A DNA stretch of 64,000 nt from Sulfurospirillaceae bacterium (GCA_033723415.1 JAWVXD010000002.1:312988-376987), one strand, 5' to 3'. Counted from the stretch's first letter, positions 50,302-61,348 are shown. Program-made: numbers and translations. The notes: generated from the letters alone by a model not told the origin.

Positions 50302-52101
50302 TTGCAAGAATTTAGAAATATTGCCGTAATTGCACACGTTGATCATGGTAAAACTACACTAGTCGATGAATTATTAAAACAATCAGGAACATTTACAAAT
50401 CATCAAAAAGTTGATGAGAGAGTTATGGATAGTAATGCATTAGAAAAAGAGAGAGGAATTACAATACTTTCAAAAAATACAGCCATTATGTATAAAACTT
50501 GTAAGATCAATATCATAGACACTCCAGGTCATGCTGATTTTGGCGGAGAAGTTGAGAGGGTTTTGAAGATGGTAGATGGTGTATTGCTTTTGGTTGATGC
50601 TCAAGAAGGCGTTATGCCGCAAACAAAGTTTGTTGTGAAAAAGGCACTTACTTTAGGACTTAAACCAATCGTTGTAATTAACAAGATTGATAAGCCGGCT
50701 GCAGATCCTGAGAGAGTTGTAGATGAAGTTTTTGATCTTTTGGTGGCTCTTGGTGCAAATGAAGATCAGCTAGACTTTCCTGTAGTGTATGCTGCAGCAA
50801 AAGAAGGCTTTGCAAAATATAATATGAGTGATGAAAGCATAAACTTAGAACCATTGTTTGAAACTATCATGACATCAGTTCCAACGCCGACAGGCTCAGT
50901 AGACAATCCTCTTCAGGTACAGGTATTTACTCTTGATTATGATAATTATGTGGGTAAAATAGGAATAGCCAGAATTTTTAACGGGATTATAAAGAAAAAT
51001 CAAACCGTTATGCTTGCAAAGGCTGATGGAGAACAATTAAGAGGTAGAGTCTCTAAACTGATTGGATTTAAAGGACTAGAGCGAATTGATATAGATGAAG
51101 CTATAAGCGGAGACATAGTTGCTATTGCCGGATTTGAAGCTTTAGATGTCGGTGACAGCGTAGTTGATCCAAACAATCCGATGCCTCTTGACGTGCTTCA
51201 CATTGAAGAACCGACACTTTCTGTTGTATTTGCCGTAAATGATTCTCCGTTTGCAGGAATGGAAGGGAAATATGTTACTTCAAATAAACTAGACGAGAGA
51301 CTTGAAGCTGAAATGAAAACAAATATTGCCATGAAGTATGAAAATGTCGGAGAGGGTAAATTTAAAGTTTCAGGAAGAGGCGAGCTTCAGATTACAATTT
51401 TAGCAGAAAACATGAGAAGAGAAGGTTTTGAGTTTTCATTAGGTAGACCGGAAGTTATTACCAAGGTTGAAGATGGAGTGAAACTAGAGCCATATGAACA
51501 TCTTGTTGTTGATGTTCCTGATGAATTTACAGGAACTGTCATAGAAAAACTTGGTCGTAAAAAAGCAGAGATGAAAGCTATGAACCCGACAGGTGACGGT
51601 CAAACTAGAATAGAGTTTGAAATACCTGCTCGCGGACTTATAGGTTTTCGTGGTCAGTTTTTAACCGATACTAAAGGGGAAGGTGTGATGAATCACTCTT
51701 TCATGGAGTTTAGACCGCTTAGCGGAGAAGTAGAACATCGTAAGAACGGAGCACTTATCTCTATGGAAAACGGGGTAGCTCTTGGATATTCACTTTTTAA
51801 TCTGCAAGATAGAGGAAGTTTGTTTATCGACCCTCAGACTAAAGTATATGGCGGTATGATCATTGGTGAGCATTCTCGTCCAAATGACTTAGATGTAAAC
51901 CCAATCAAGGGCAAGGCTCAAAGTAACGTAAGAAGTAGTGGGGCAGATGAAGCCATCAAACTTGTGCCACCTAGAAAAATGAATCTAGAGTTAGCCTTAG
52001 AGTGGATAGAAAATGATGAGCTGGTTGAAGTAACCCCGGTTAGCATTAGAATTAGAAAAAGATTATTGGATCCTACAAAAAGAAAAAGAGCAGCAAAGTA
52101 A
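50302..52101 (+). CDS. typA: Translational GTPase TypA/BipA
   Basis: [36 protein letters not shown] start with AGGAG SD. Confidence 0.98.
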   Translation: MQEFRNIAVIAHVDHGKTTLVDELLKQSGTFTNHQKVDERVMDSNALEKERGITILSKNTAIMYKTCKINIIDTPGHADFGGEVERVLKMVDGVLLLVDAQEGVMPQTKFVVKKALTLGLKPIVVINKIDKPAADPERVVDEVFDLLVALGANEDQLDFPVVYAAAKEGFAKYNMSDESINLEPLFETIMTSVPTPTGSVDNPLQVQVFTLDYDNYVGKIGIARIFNGIIKKNQTVMLAKADGEQLRGRVSKLIGFKGLERIDIDEAISGDIVAIAGFEALDVGDSVVDPNNPMPLDVLHIEEPTLSVVFAVNDSPFAGMEGKYVTSNKLDERLEAEMKTNIAMKYENVGEGKFKVSGRGELQITILAENMRREGFEFSLGRPEVITKVEDGVKLEPYEHLVVDVPDEFTGTVIEKLGRKKAEMKAMNPTGDGQTRIEFEIPARGLIGFRGQFLTDTKGEGVMNHSFMEFRPLSGEVEHRKNGALISMENGVALGYSLFNLQDRGSLFIDPQTKVYGGMIIGEHSRPNDLDVNPIKGKAQSNVRSSGADEAIKLVPPRKMNLELALEWIENDELVEVTPVSIRIRKRLLDPTKRKRAAK

Positions 52102-52116
52102 AAGATATAATAAAAG

Positions 52117-52187
52117 AGGGTTTGGATTTTATTCAAGCCCTGCTAAAGAAAAATTGAATTAAACTTAGGGATGATTCCCTAAGTTTA
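52117..52187. terminator. Two hairpins between convergent typA and tpx
   Basis: AGGGTTTGGA..TTCAAGCCCT (52117-52141) and TAAACTTAGGGA-TGAT-TCCCTAAGTTTA (52160-52187). Confidence 0.65.
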
Positions 52188-52192
52188 TAAAA

Positions 52193-52693
52193 CTATTTTA
52201 TTGCAGCTAGTGCTGAGTCGTAATCAGGCTCAGCTGTTATCTCAGGAACGATTTCCTTATAAGTCACAACTCCATTTTCATCTACAACAAATATAGCTCT
52301 ACAAGTAACACCTGCTAGTGGACCATCAGCTATCAAAACACCATAAGCGTTTGCAAAATCTTTATTTCTAAAATCGCTACCAACACTTAGGTTTTCTATT
52401 CCTTCAGTTGTACAAAATCTACCCATAGCAAATGGAAGATCCATAGAAACAACGGTAACAGTAGCACCTTCAATTTTAGCAGCTTCAACATTGAATTTTC
52501 TAGTTTCTGCAGCACAAACAGCTGTGTCCAATGATGGAACTACAACAATTACTTGTTTTGTTCCAGTAGCACCACCTACTGTTATTTCACTTAAGTCTTG
52601 TCCTACTACTTTAGTTGCAGGAGCTTTGTCTCCAACGTTTACTTCTGTTCCGCTTAGGCTAACAGGATTGCCTTTTAAATTTGTTTTTGACAT
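52193..52693 (-). CDS. tpx: Thiol peroxidase Tpx
   Basis: VPSLDTAVC, SMDLPFAMGRFC, EPDYD. Confidence 0.96.
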   Translation of the reverse strand: MSKTNLKGNPVSLSGTEVNVGDKAPATKVVGQDLSEITVGGATGTKQVIVVVPSLDTAVCAAETRKFNVEAAKIEGATVTVVSMDLPFAMGRFCTTEGIENLSVGSDFRNKDFANAYGVLIADGPLAGVTCRAIFVVDENGVVTYKEIVPEITAEPDYDSALAAIK

Positions 52694-52935
52694 TTTTTAC
52701 CTTTTTTTAAAATTTTATAAAATTATAGCTAAATAGGATAAAAATTATCTTAATTAAAATCAAGAGTAAACCTTCAACCTCTTTTGCATAAAATATTATA
52801 GCCAAAGTATGTGAACAAGGTTAAACTAATTGAAAGATATAGCCGATTTTAGGATGTATAGTTGTTTTGTACACTAAATAAAAACTGCTATAATACGATT
52901 TAAAAAATGATATACATAAGCTTGGAGTAAATTAA

Positions 52936-53403
52936 ATGAATAAAATGAAAATCTTGTTGATATTTTTGCTTGTTGTATTCCTTGCAATTGTTACATATAT
53001 TGCTATTTTTGTATATCAACAGGGTGGAATGACACCAAATAAAAACTATACCAATTTTGCCAATGCGGTTTCTGCAAAACTTAAGATTCCTACTCTTGGA
53101 ACAGATCCTACCGAAGCAGCTCTCAATGGCGTTCTTGTGACTTTAAGAGGTGGACAGTTCGGGTACATGAAAGCAGATATAACCTTTAAAATGAAAAATG
53201 AAAGCGATGAGAAAAAGATAGAAAAAAATATGCAAGCAGTAAGAAATTTGGTATTACAATACACATCAACCTTAGATAGTACAAGATTAATGTATCCAAA
53301 TCAAAGAGAGCAATACAAAAGTGATCTAAAGAAGATCATATACAAAACTTTTGGGTATGAGGTTGAAGATATTTATTTTAGAAATTTTGTTTTAGCACAA
53401 TAG
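52936..53403 (+). CDS. FliL-like flagellar basal-body-associated protein
   Basis: Single N-terminal TM; YMKADITF, VRNLVL, C-terminal VEDIYFRNFVLA resembling the FliL end. Confidence 0.7.
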   Translation: MNKMKILLIFLLVVFLAIVTYIAIFVYQQGGMTPNKNYTNFANAVSAKLKIPTLGTDPTEAALNGVLVTLRGGQFGYMKADITFKMKNESDEKKIEKNMQAVRNLVLQYTSTLDSTRLMYPNQREQYKSDLKKIIYKTFGYEVEDIYFRNFVLAQ

Positions 53404-54493
53404 TTTCTTCTTTTTGAAAAGATATGAAGATAAGCGATAAAATAGCTATGAGAGCAGCATAAAGAAATATATTATCTCCATATAGATACCCTGCAAGAAG
53501 AGCTCCTGCAAATCCTCCTAGTCCAAATGATATACCATAATAAAATTGAGATGATAGTTTTTTGTTCTCATAGCTGGCATATAGATAGCTTATAGCAGCC
53601 GTGTGATTTAGAGCAAAGCTAAATGCATGAAGCGCTTGAGAAATATATGAAACGGTGATAGAGTATGGAAACAAATATAAAAGCAGCCATCTCACTACAG
53701 TCATAAAAACAGTGATCTTAATAATAGTAAGAAGATCAAATCTTTTAAATATAGGTGTCTGAAAATAGAAAATTATAATTTCCCAAATAATTGAAAATGT
53801 CCAGAGATAACTTACAGTTTTTAGGGTGATCCCATGATCTGTTTCATATATAGTAAAAAAATTATAAAAAAATCCCATACTCATTTGCATCAAAAATAAA
53901 CCAATCCAAAGAAAGAGTACTTTTTTAAACCTAAACGGCTCACTAATCTGTACATTTGAAACCCTTGTATTTTCATCATGTAAAGCTATAAGAAAACCAA
54001 ACAACGCAACAAAAAAAGCTGAGACTAAAAAATAATGAAGACCTATATCATAAGTGGTGAGTTCTCGAGCAAGGATCAAGCTGCAAAGCATAAAACCTAG
54101 TGAGCCATAAAGTCTGGATTTCCCGTATCTCTCTTTTTTAAGATACCCTAGTGCATATGTCTCTACAAAAGGTAAGATTATACCAAAGGAGATTCCAAGC
54201 AGGATATTCGGAAAAATAAAATAATAAAAATTTTGGATCGTAAAATAAAAAGTTATTGCTGCAAAAAGTGCCAGTAACAAACAAACATAAAATACTTTTT
54301 TTGTCAGCTGGATCTTTTTTAAAAATAAAAAGGGTAGTAAAAATCTCATCAGCGGACCAAGTGAAAATATAAAACCTATCTCAAAACTACTATATCCAAG
54401 GTTTTTTAAAATTTTTGGCATGAAAATGATGTATATTGCTACTAGTGTAAAATAAAAAAAATAAAAAGAAGATATTTTAAAAAAGAGTTTCAT
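53378..54493 (-). CDS. MFS transporter (MFS_1-like/HcaT type)
   Basis: About 12 TM; ERYGKSRLYGSLGF, SQALHAFSF. Confidence 0.85.
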   Translation of the reverse strand: MKLFFKISSFYFFYFTLVAIYIIFMPKILKNLGYSSFEIGFIFSLGPLMRFLLPFLFLKKIQLTKKVFYVCLLLALFAAITFYFTIQNFYYFIFPNILLGISFGIILPFVETYALGYLKKERYGKSRLYGSLGFMLCSLILARELTTYDIGLHYFLVSAFFVALFGFLIALHDENTRVSNVQISEPFRFKKVLFLWIGLFLMQMSMGFFYNFFTIYETDHGITLKTVSYLWTFSIIWEIIIFYFQTPIFKRFDLLTIIKITVFMTVVRWLLLYLFPYSITVSYISQALHAFSFALNHTAAISYLYASYENKKLSSQFYYGISFGLGGFAGALLAGYLYGDNIFLYAALIAILSLIFISFQKEETIVLKQNF

Positions 54494-54503
54494 TTAATTT
54501 TTA

Positions 54504-54971
54504 TTATTGGGTTATTTGTGCTGGATATGTTTGTGTCAGTACGTCATGTAATGATTTTTTGTCTTTTCTGAAAAATGGTGTAATTAGTAATGGGAATACA
54601 AAGAGGGCAAATGTAAATAAAAAATATCTTGCGACAATTTGTGAAAGCGTCGCCTTTTCCGCTTTTTTATTTAAAAGTTTTATATCATATGCCTTATATC
54701 CAGGGGTTTGCCCTTTATAATGTAAAAAAAGAGTTATGATTATGAAGTGTGGAATTAAAACAGCTATCCATCCATAGAGCATATGGGCTCTAAACTCTTC
54801 TCTCGAGCCCAGAACCACATATATAACTATATAGCAAAGAGGCATAAATATCATAAATGAATCGGTAACGAATGCCTTTGCTCTGTTAACAATAGGTGCA
54901 ATTTGAGGAGTATTGTCGATTTTTTGGCGCATTTTACGGCCTTTACCCTTTTTGACATCTCTCCATTTCAC
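54504..54971 (-). CDS. RDD-family membrane protein
   Basis: RAKAFVTD, GQTPG, LHD; follows pyrE. Confidence 0.85.
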   Translation of the reverse strand: MKWRDVKKGKGRKMRQKIDNTPQIAPIVNRAKAFVTDSFMIFMPLCYIVIYVVLGSREEFRAHMLYGWIAVLIPHFIIITLFLHYKGQTPGYKAYDIKLLNKKAEKATLSQIVARYFLFTFALFVFPLLITPFFRKDKKSLHDVLTQTYPAQITQ

Positions 54972-54976
54972 TAGAG

Positions 54977-55585
54977 CTAATTTCCTCTACTGCCAGGTTT
55001 GTAAGCAACACTACCATCTTTACAAAGAGGACATGCTTTTGGCTCATAAATTTCAAATTCAAAATCTTCTAAAGCGAAAAAAGGGATATCTTTAGGAAGT
55101 TTACAAGAAGGTTTGGCTTCATTAGTATTGCCTACTCTGGAACAAAATCCTCTATTCGCGAGTGCTGCAAATGCCACTATATTCCCACCCATATCTTCTG
55201 CAACATTTGCGGCTTCCAAAGCAGAGCCTCCTGTTGTTATTATATCTTCGCAGACCAAAATATTTTCACCTTTATTGATCTCAAAGCCTCTTCTTATAGT
55301 CATCTTCTTATCAACTCTTTCAGCAAATATAAATCTCACACCTAGTGCACGTGCCAGTTCATAGCCGGCTAAAATTCCGCCAAGAGCCGGGGAACAAACC
55401 GTATCTATGGTGATACCGCTTTGTTTGATCTGTTTTGCTAACTCATCAGCAAGTTTTTGTGCAGTTTGAGGACTTTCTAAAACTTTTGCGCTTTGTAAAT
55501 AAAATTTTGAATGATTTCCGCTGCTTAGTAAAAAATGACCTTCTAATAGAGCATTAGAGTCTTTGTAAATTTTTTCTACATTCAT
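54977..55585 (-). CDS. pyrE: Orotate phosphoribosyltransferase
   Basis: [26 protein letters not shown] motif. Confidence 0.96.
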   Translation of the reverse strand: MNVEKIYKDSNALLEGHFLLSSGNHSKFYLQSAKVLESPQTAQKLADELAKQIKQSGITIDTVCSPALGGILAGYELARALGVRFIFAERVDKKMTIRRGFEINKGENILVCEDIITTGGSALEAANVAEDMGGNIVAFAALANRGFCSRVGNTNEAKPSCKLPKDIPFFALEDFEFEIYEPKACPLCKDGSVAYKPGSRGN

Positions 55586-56142
55586 ATTTTTAGTATCTCT
55601 GCTTCTTTGTCTTTTACTGAATCGTCAACTTTCTTTACACCATTGTCAGTTATCTTTTGGACTTCATCATATGCTTTTTTTGCTTCATCTTCAGTAATCA
55701 ATTTGTCTTTTTCTAATTTTTTTATTTTATCGTTTGCATCTTTTCTGATATTTCTTATGGCAATTTTACATTTGTCACCCATGACTTTTGCTTGTTTTGC
55801 ACCTTCTTTTCTTTGCTCAGTTGTCATAGGAGGGAAAAATAATTTTACGCATTCGCCGTCATTGTTCGGATTTACACCGATATTTGCAGAACCGATAGCA
55901 TGTTCCACTTCTTTTAGAAGATTCTTTTCCCAAGGTGTTATGCTTATAGTTGTGGCATCATTAACCAAGACGGTTGCTACTTGGCTTAATGGAGTTTGAC
56001 TTCCATAATAATCAACTTTAATATTGTCTAAAATAGATGTTGAGACTTTTCCGCTTCTAATAGTAGTGAAATCTCTTTTCAATGATGCAAGAGCTTTATC
56101 AATATGTTCGTCTTGCTCAGTGTATATTTTATTCAGTTCCAT
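55582..56142 (-). CDS. frr: Ribosome recycling factor
   Basis: [31 protein letters not shown]. Confidence 0.97.
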   Translation of the reverse strand: MELNKIYTEQDEHIDKALASLKRDFTTIRSGKVSTSILDNIKVDYYGSQTPLSQVATVLVNDATTISITPWEKNLLKEVEHAIGSANIGVNPNNDGECVKLFFPPMTTEQRKEGAKQAKVMGDKCKIAIRNIRKDANDKIKKLEKDKLITEDEAKKAYDEVQKITDNGVKKVDDSVKDKEAEILKI

Positions 56143-57100
56143 AATTATCCTTTATTAGTAATTTTGTAGAAATTTTGTTACCTACTTTTACGATAACTCT
56201 GTTTCTGCCATTATTCAATTTTTTGTTCATGATGTGATCAACAAGTCCCTTTTTCATAGGAACATCACTCCAGCCATAACCGGTTACATAAATCTCAGCT
56301 TTTTTTGCATTACTTTCCGTATGTACCTTGATGCGTTTTAGGATCTTGTCCTTTGGCTCAGATACAGGTTCGATCCATGTTGCTTTTAGCGATTTGAGGC
56401 TTAAGAGATAGTGCAAATTAGTTTTACCTACCAATGCTCCTCTATCTAAGTCAAATATATCACTATTCTGTCCTACTGCACCGATATTTTGATTTATAAT
56501 CGCTTCAAAGCCAAATGATTTTGCAACTTTTTTTACTCTTTGTGTAAACTCACCAAAGGGATAAGAAAAATATTTTGGTTTTATATGCAGATTCTTTTCA
56601 AAAATCGTTAATCCTTTTTTGAAATCTGCTTTTATCTCTTCATCACTCATAAAGGTCAAATGTCCATGAGCATATGAATGAAATGCTAATGAGCCGTATT
56701 TTTTTATTTCGTTTAATTCCTTCCAACTAAGATAATCTCTATACTTTTTGTCCGTTGCTTTTACGTAAACGAACATAGTGAAAGGATAATTGTATTCTTT
56801 AAAAATTTCTAGGCCGTTTTGGTAAAAACTTTTGAAATTATCATCAATCGTTAGAACTACCCAATTGTCAGGAATTTTTTCTTTTTTTTCCAGTGCTGAT
56901 ATTAGTTTATCTAGAGGGATAACTTTATAATGATTTTGTTTAAAATATTCAAATTCTTTTCTTAGTTCACTTTTTGTAGTATCAGTACTTGGATATCTAC
57001 TGTCGCCAAATCTGTGATAAACGAAAATATGTGCGTCAGCCCATAATGTTATCGCAGATAGTAGCGACAGTAGAAGAATTTTACTTAGTTTTAGGTGCAC
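56129..57100 (-). CDS. Secreted polysaccharide deacetylase (CE4/NodB)
   Basis: YHRF, LTIDD, HSYAH, SYPFG; signal peptide ending LWA-DA. Start uncertain; GTG 57100 chosen. Confidence 0.85.
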   Translation of the reverse strand: MHLKLSKILLLSLLSAITLWADAHIFVYHRFGDSRYPSTDTTKSELRKEFEYFKQNHYKVIPLDKLISALEKKEKIPDNWVVLTIDDNFKSFYQNGLEIFKEYNYPFTMFVYVKATDKKYRDYLSWKELNEIKKYGSLAFHSYAHGHLTFMSDEEIKADFKKGLTIFEKNLHIKPKYFSYPFGEFTQRVKKVAKSFGFEAIINQNIGAVGQNSDIFDLDRGALVGKTNLHYLLSLKSLKATWIEPVSEPKDKILKRIKVHTESNAKKAEIYVTGYGWSDVPMKKGLVDHIMNKKLNNGRNRVIVKVGNKISTKLLIKDNYGTE

Positions 57101-57422
57101 TTGGAGCTTTTGGTGCTTCAGGAGCAGATGGTGTGACCGGAGATGCAGGTACAATAGGTTTTTCAACTTTGATATCTTCTGCCACAGAGACTTTTTTATC
57201 TTGGTTATAAAAATAACCTAAAGCCAAAGTATTTACTATAAATACGAAACCGATTACAAATGTAAATTTTGCCATAAATCCAGCCGGTCCTTTTGCCCCA
57301 AAAAGTGATTCGTTACTTCCACTGTATGCGCCAAGACCTATAGATGAGCTTTTTTGAAGCATTACTGCTATAGTTAAAATTGCTGCTAAAATAAATTGTA
57401 AGACCAATAAAGTCCCAGTCAT
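57081..57422 (-). CDS. secG: Preprotein translocase subunit SecG
   Basis: VMLQKSSSIGLGAYSGSNESLFG, two TMs, Pro/Ala tail; AAGGA SD before ATG 57422. Confidence 0.95.
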   Translation of the reverse strand: MTGTLLVLQFILAAILTIAVMLQKSSSIGLGAYSGSNESLFGAKGPAGFMAKFTFVIGFVFIVNTLALGYFYNQDKKVSVAEDIKVEKPIVPASPVTPSAPEAPKAPSAPKTK

Positions 57423-57532
57423 AAAAATTTCCTTGTTTTGATTTTTGACTCTATATACTATGAATTCTTGAGTCAAGCTTTGGTATAATCCGGAATTATA
57501 TCGAAAAAATCATAAAATTAAGATAATGGAAT

Positions 57533-58045
57533 ATGCACAAAAAAAATCATTGCGCATAATTCATAAAACGTGCGTATAATTATGATAATTCCGTACATAT
57601 ACAAATACAAAAGAGCGTAGCCAAAAGAGTATATTCGACTTTGGTTGCAGTACTTAAAAATCTTGAAAAGTAATGATTGCGATTATGACAGATTCACATA
57701 GATGGACAAGTTTTCTTCCATAGTCCAAACTACACCAAAAAGCAATAACCTTGACATGTGATGTTAAGTTTTTAAAACATAACAGATAGAAAACGATTTA
57801 TGATTTTACAAACAGACCAGATAAGAAAGAATTGATTTTAAAGATTGAAAAGATATGGGACCTTGATCATGAAGTCAAAACGTATAGGCTCTATATTAAT
57901 AATAATATATCAAAAATGAAACATTCAAACAAAGTGTAGTTCCCATGGTAGTGTCAATCAACTAGCCCATTGTCAAACAAAGTTTCTGATCAACCATTAT
58001 CCGTATTTGAATCTTGAATTTGAAGTTTCATACATACGGAGTTGA
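57533..58045 (+). pseudogene. Decayed BioC-like SAM methyltransferase
   Basis: Fragments in shifting frames: MHKKNHCA*FIKRAYNYDNSVHIQIQKSVAKR; IFDFGCS (motif I remnant); HEVKTYRLY; LINHYPYLNLEFEV. Multiple stops and deletions. Confidence 0.65.
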
Positions 58046-58397
58046 AAAAGTACTAAATTATAAGATTTTTTTATACTCTCAGTAAATAATCATGAATTTT
58101 CTTAATTACTTCAACTAATTGAAAAGTGTCAAAAAGTGTGTTTTTTGTCAAAAATCTCTAAAAAAAGTAAATAAAATTTCTCCAAAAAAATACATAAGTA
58201 AATTTTTTTTTTAAAAATATATTTGATCTGAAAGACTATAAATCGGGCTTCAGATGAATTTCATACAAAATAAAAAAGGAAAAATTTTTTTTATAAGGTT
58301 ATTTTTATTTTATTTTTTTAAAATTAGACCATAAAATGTTTCAAATTTCAATGATTAGTTATTGAAACTTAAAGCTGAAACTTATTAAGGAGAAGAA

Positions 58398-60773
58398 ATG
58401 GAAGTTGAGATCTCAAGAAGAAGATTTCTTCAGGGCACGGTTGCCTTGACTGTTATTGGTGGTAGTTCTTTGAGTGCCACAAATCTTTTTTCTAATGTAC
58501 ATAAAACAAGAAAGATTGGTATTACAACAAAGACAGGTTTGGGCGAAGCTGAGAGTATTCCGTATCTATGTGGCATGTGTGTCAATAAATGCGCAGGATT
58601 TGCAAGAGTAGAAGAAGGTGTAGTGACAAAACTTGATCCTAACCCTTATTTCCCAAAATCAAGAAATATGCTTTGTGCTAGGGGAAATGCCGGAATTCAA
58701 ACATTATATGATCCGGATAGATTAAAATACCCTTTGGTCCGAGTTGGTGAGAGAGGTGACGGCAAGTATAAAAGAGTCTCTTGGGATGAGGCGTATGATG
58801 CTATCCTCAAAGGGACTGACAAATTCAAAGGTTTATTACAAATCTTAGATGAAGAAAAAGACAATCGATCGACCATGGGTTACTGTAATGGTGAGGGATT
58901 ATCTAAAGAAGGCTTTGAAGAATTGATCAGCCTACAAATGGGTACGCCAAATTACGTTGATGAGATAAGTATTTGTCTAGAAACTACTTTGGGCGCGTAT
59001 TTTGCTACTTTAGGTACGTATGGTGAGGCAGATTTGAATAATGCCGATTATCTAGTTATCGCTGGAGCAAATCGTGCAGAGGCTATTATCACACCGGATA
59101 CGATGGATATGTTTAAGCGAACAAAAGGACGCGGGTTAAAAACGATAGTTGTTGATCCTAGATTTACTAGAACAGCTGCAAAAGCAGACAGATGGTATGC
59201 TGTAAACCCTGGAACAGATTTGGCATTTGTATTGGCTCTCACATATGTTGTTATGAATGAGAAGCTTTACAACGAAGCATTTGTCCAAAAACATTTTGAA
59301 GGCTTTGAAGATTACAAAAACCATATCTTATCAAATAAGTATACTCCTGAATGGGCAGAAAAAATCACAAATATCCCAAAAGACGAGATATATAAAACAG
59401 CAAGAGAATTCATGAGTGCAGAACATCCTATTTACTATCAAGGTAGAAGAAGCGTGTTTTGTAAAAATGACTTTCAGCTAAGACGCGCAATGGCTATTTT
59501 CCAAGGATTGAGCGGTAATTTAGACAAAAAAGGCGGTATTATATACGGTAAAAAAATAGCTTTACCAAAAGAAGATATCAAATCACCGCTATATGGACAA
59601 GCACAAGATAGATTTGACAAAGAAGGCGTTGCCATTTTTGCAAATAAAACAGGTTCTTGGACAATTTTCAGAAATATGATATTAGAAGGGAAAACACCAT
59701 ACCCTGTTCGAACAATGTTTATGCGTAAACATAATCCTATTGCAGGTGTTCCTAATTCTGCTAAAACAATAGCCTTCTTGAAAAAAATGGATCTCAACGT
59801 GATGATCGATATCTTGCCAAGTGATACTACTATGTTTGCAGATGTTATATTGCCGGAAGCTTCATATTTAGAGAGAACATCTCCGGTTGCCAGTTATGGC
59901 TTCTTGGAGCCGGCAATTGTTTTACGAAAAGCAGCTATTAAACCGATGTTTGAAACAAAAGCTCCGGAAGTGATCTACAAAGAGATTGCTGAAAAATTTG
60001 CAAAACCACTATTTGAAATCAGTAAAAAATATGATGAAGATTTGCAAGGTGAAATCAAAGACAGAGGCGAACAAGCTGTTTTCAAAGAAGACGGTTATAA
60101 TTTTGCAGCTGCTTGGGAAAAAAGTGTTGAAGAAAAAAATAAAGAAGCTGTTACTAAAGAATTTGGTGAAGAAGCTTGGAAAATTTTGGATGAGAGAGGC
60201 GTATATTATCCAAACATGAAAAAATATCACAAACAAGTGGATGTAAATCAATATGAATACTATCCAGAGGATAAAAAGAATTACACTACAATCAAAGATA
60301 AGTTAAAAGTCAAGTGTAACCTTAAAAACTTGACTAGCAAAGGTGTAGATTCTATGCCGACTTGGAAAAAAGATTATGCATTCGTTGTACCTGCAGGCAA
60401 ATTTAGACTTGTAACAGGAAGACATGCTCAATTCACTCAAAGCGGTACACAGAACAATATGATGTTAAGAGATCTTATTGCAACAAACTATGTTTGGGTA
60501 AATAAAAGAGTTGCTAAAGAAAAAAATATAAATTTTGGAGATGATGTTGAACTTAGCAGTAGTGTTGGTAAAATAACATTAAAAGCATATCCGACAGAAA
60601 AAATTGCTCCAAATCAAGTATTTTTGTGTCATGGCTTTGGAAGTTTGAGCAGAGGAATGGAGATGGCTTATGGAAATGGTGGTAATGACGCCATGATCAT
60701 AGAAGACAAAGTTGAACCAGTTTATGGTGCTGCTGCAATGCATGAAACAAATGTTGAATTGAGAAAGGTTTAA
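58398..60773 (+). CDS. Tat-exported molybdopterin oxidoreductase catalytic subunit (PsrA/PhsA family)
   Basis: SRRRFLQ Tat motif, CGMCVNKC...LCARG FS0 cluster, DPDRLKYP, probable Cys ligand in SICLET, ADVILP..SYLER. Confidence 0.88.
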   Translation: MEVEISRRRFLQGTVALTVIGGSSLSATNLFSNVHKTRKIGITTKTGLGEAESIPYLCGMCVNKCAGFARVEEGVVTKLDPNPYFPKSRNMLCARGNAGIQTLYDPDRLKYPLVRVGERGDGKYKRVSWDEAYDAILKGTDKFKGLLQILDEEKDNRSTMGYCNGEGLSKEGFEELISLQMGTPNYVDEISICLETTLGAYFATLGTYGEADLNNADYLVIAGANRAEAIITPDTMDMFKRTKGRGLKTIVVDPRFTRTAAKADRWYAVNPGTDLAFVLALTYVVMNEKLYNEAFVQKHFEGFEDYKNHILSNKYTPEWAEKITNIPKDEIYKTAREFMSAEHPIYYQGRRSVFCKNDFQLRRAMAIFQGLSGNLDKKGGIIYGKKIALPKEDIKSPLYGQAQDRFDKEGVAIFANKTGSWTIFRNMILEGKTPYPVRTMFMRKHNPIAGVPNSAKTIAFLKKMDLNVMIDILPSDTTMFADVILPEASYLERTSPVASYGFLEPAIVLRKAAIKPMFETKAPEVIYKEIAEKFAKPLFEISKKYDEDLQGEIKDRGEQAVFKEDGYNFAAAWEKSVEEKNKEAVTKEFGEEAWKILDERGVYYPNMKKYHKQVDVNQYEYYPEDKKNYTTIKDKLKVKCNLKNLTSKGVDSMPTWKKDYAFVVPAGKFRLVTGRHAQFTQSGTQNNMMLRDLIATNYVWVNKRVAKEKNINFGDDVELSSSVGKITLKAYPTEKIAPNQVFLCHGFGSLSRGMEMAYGNGGNDAMIIEDKVEPVYGAAAMHETNVELRKV

Positions 60774-60775
60774 TT

Positions 60776-61339
60776 ATGGCAAGATATGGAATGGTCTTGG
60801 ACTACAAAAATTGTATAAATTGCAAAGCTTGTGAAGTAGCCTGCAAGGAAGAGAATGGAGTTTTGCTAGGTGCCGATAATCACCGTATATGGGTAGGAGA
60901 AAAAGAGATTGAAGGTGAATGGCCAAATCTTAGCCTAGCTTCTGCTATCTTTTATCCTAGTCAATGTCAACAGTGTGATCATGCCCCTTGTAAAGAGGTA
61001 TGCCCAACAAATGCAACATACTATGATGAAAATCGAGTTGTCAGGGTTAATCCGGAAAAATGTATCTTATGTACTTATTGTATTAATGCATGTCCTTATG
61101 ATGCAAGATATGTTGATGAGAGAACAGTTACTGTAGATAAATGTACTTTCTGTAGCGACACTAGATTGATGAGAGGCGAAACTACAACAGCTTGTCAAAA
61201 TACTTGCCCTACGAAAGTAAGAGTATTTGGAGATCTTGACGATCCAAAAAGCGAGATTAGTGAAATCTTGAGAAATAGAGAACACTTTAGTTTAAAATCT
61301 CATCTTGGCACAAAGCCAAAACTTTTTTATGTGGTATAG
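60776..61339 (+). CDS. 4x[4Fe-4S] electron-transfer subunit (PsrB/NrfC family)
   Basis: CINCKACEVAC, CQQCDHAPCKEVCP, CILCTYCINACP, KCTFC...CQNTCP. Confidence 0.93.
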   Translation: MARYGMVLDYKNCINCKACEVACKEENGVLLGADNHRIWVGEKEIEGEWPNLSLASAIFYPSQCQQCDHAPCKEVCPTNATYYDENRVVRVNPEKCILCTYCINACPYDARYVDERTVTVDKCTFCSDTRLMRGETTTACQNTCPTKVRVFGDLDDPKSEISEILRNREHFSLKSHLGTKPKLFYVV

Positions 61340-61348
61340 GGAGATATT

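Noticed and set aside
57991..58044. Imperfect inverted repeat (TCCGTAT...ATACGGA) as a riboswitch or sRNA upstream of the molybdoenzyme operon
   Set aside because: It coincides with the C-terminal remnant of the bioC-like pseudogene, lies about 350 nt from the start codon and shows no Moco-riboswitch features I can recognise.
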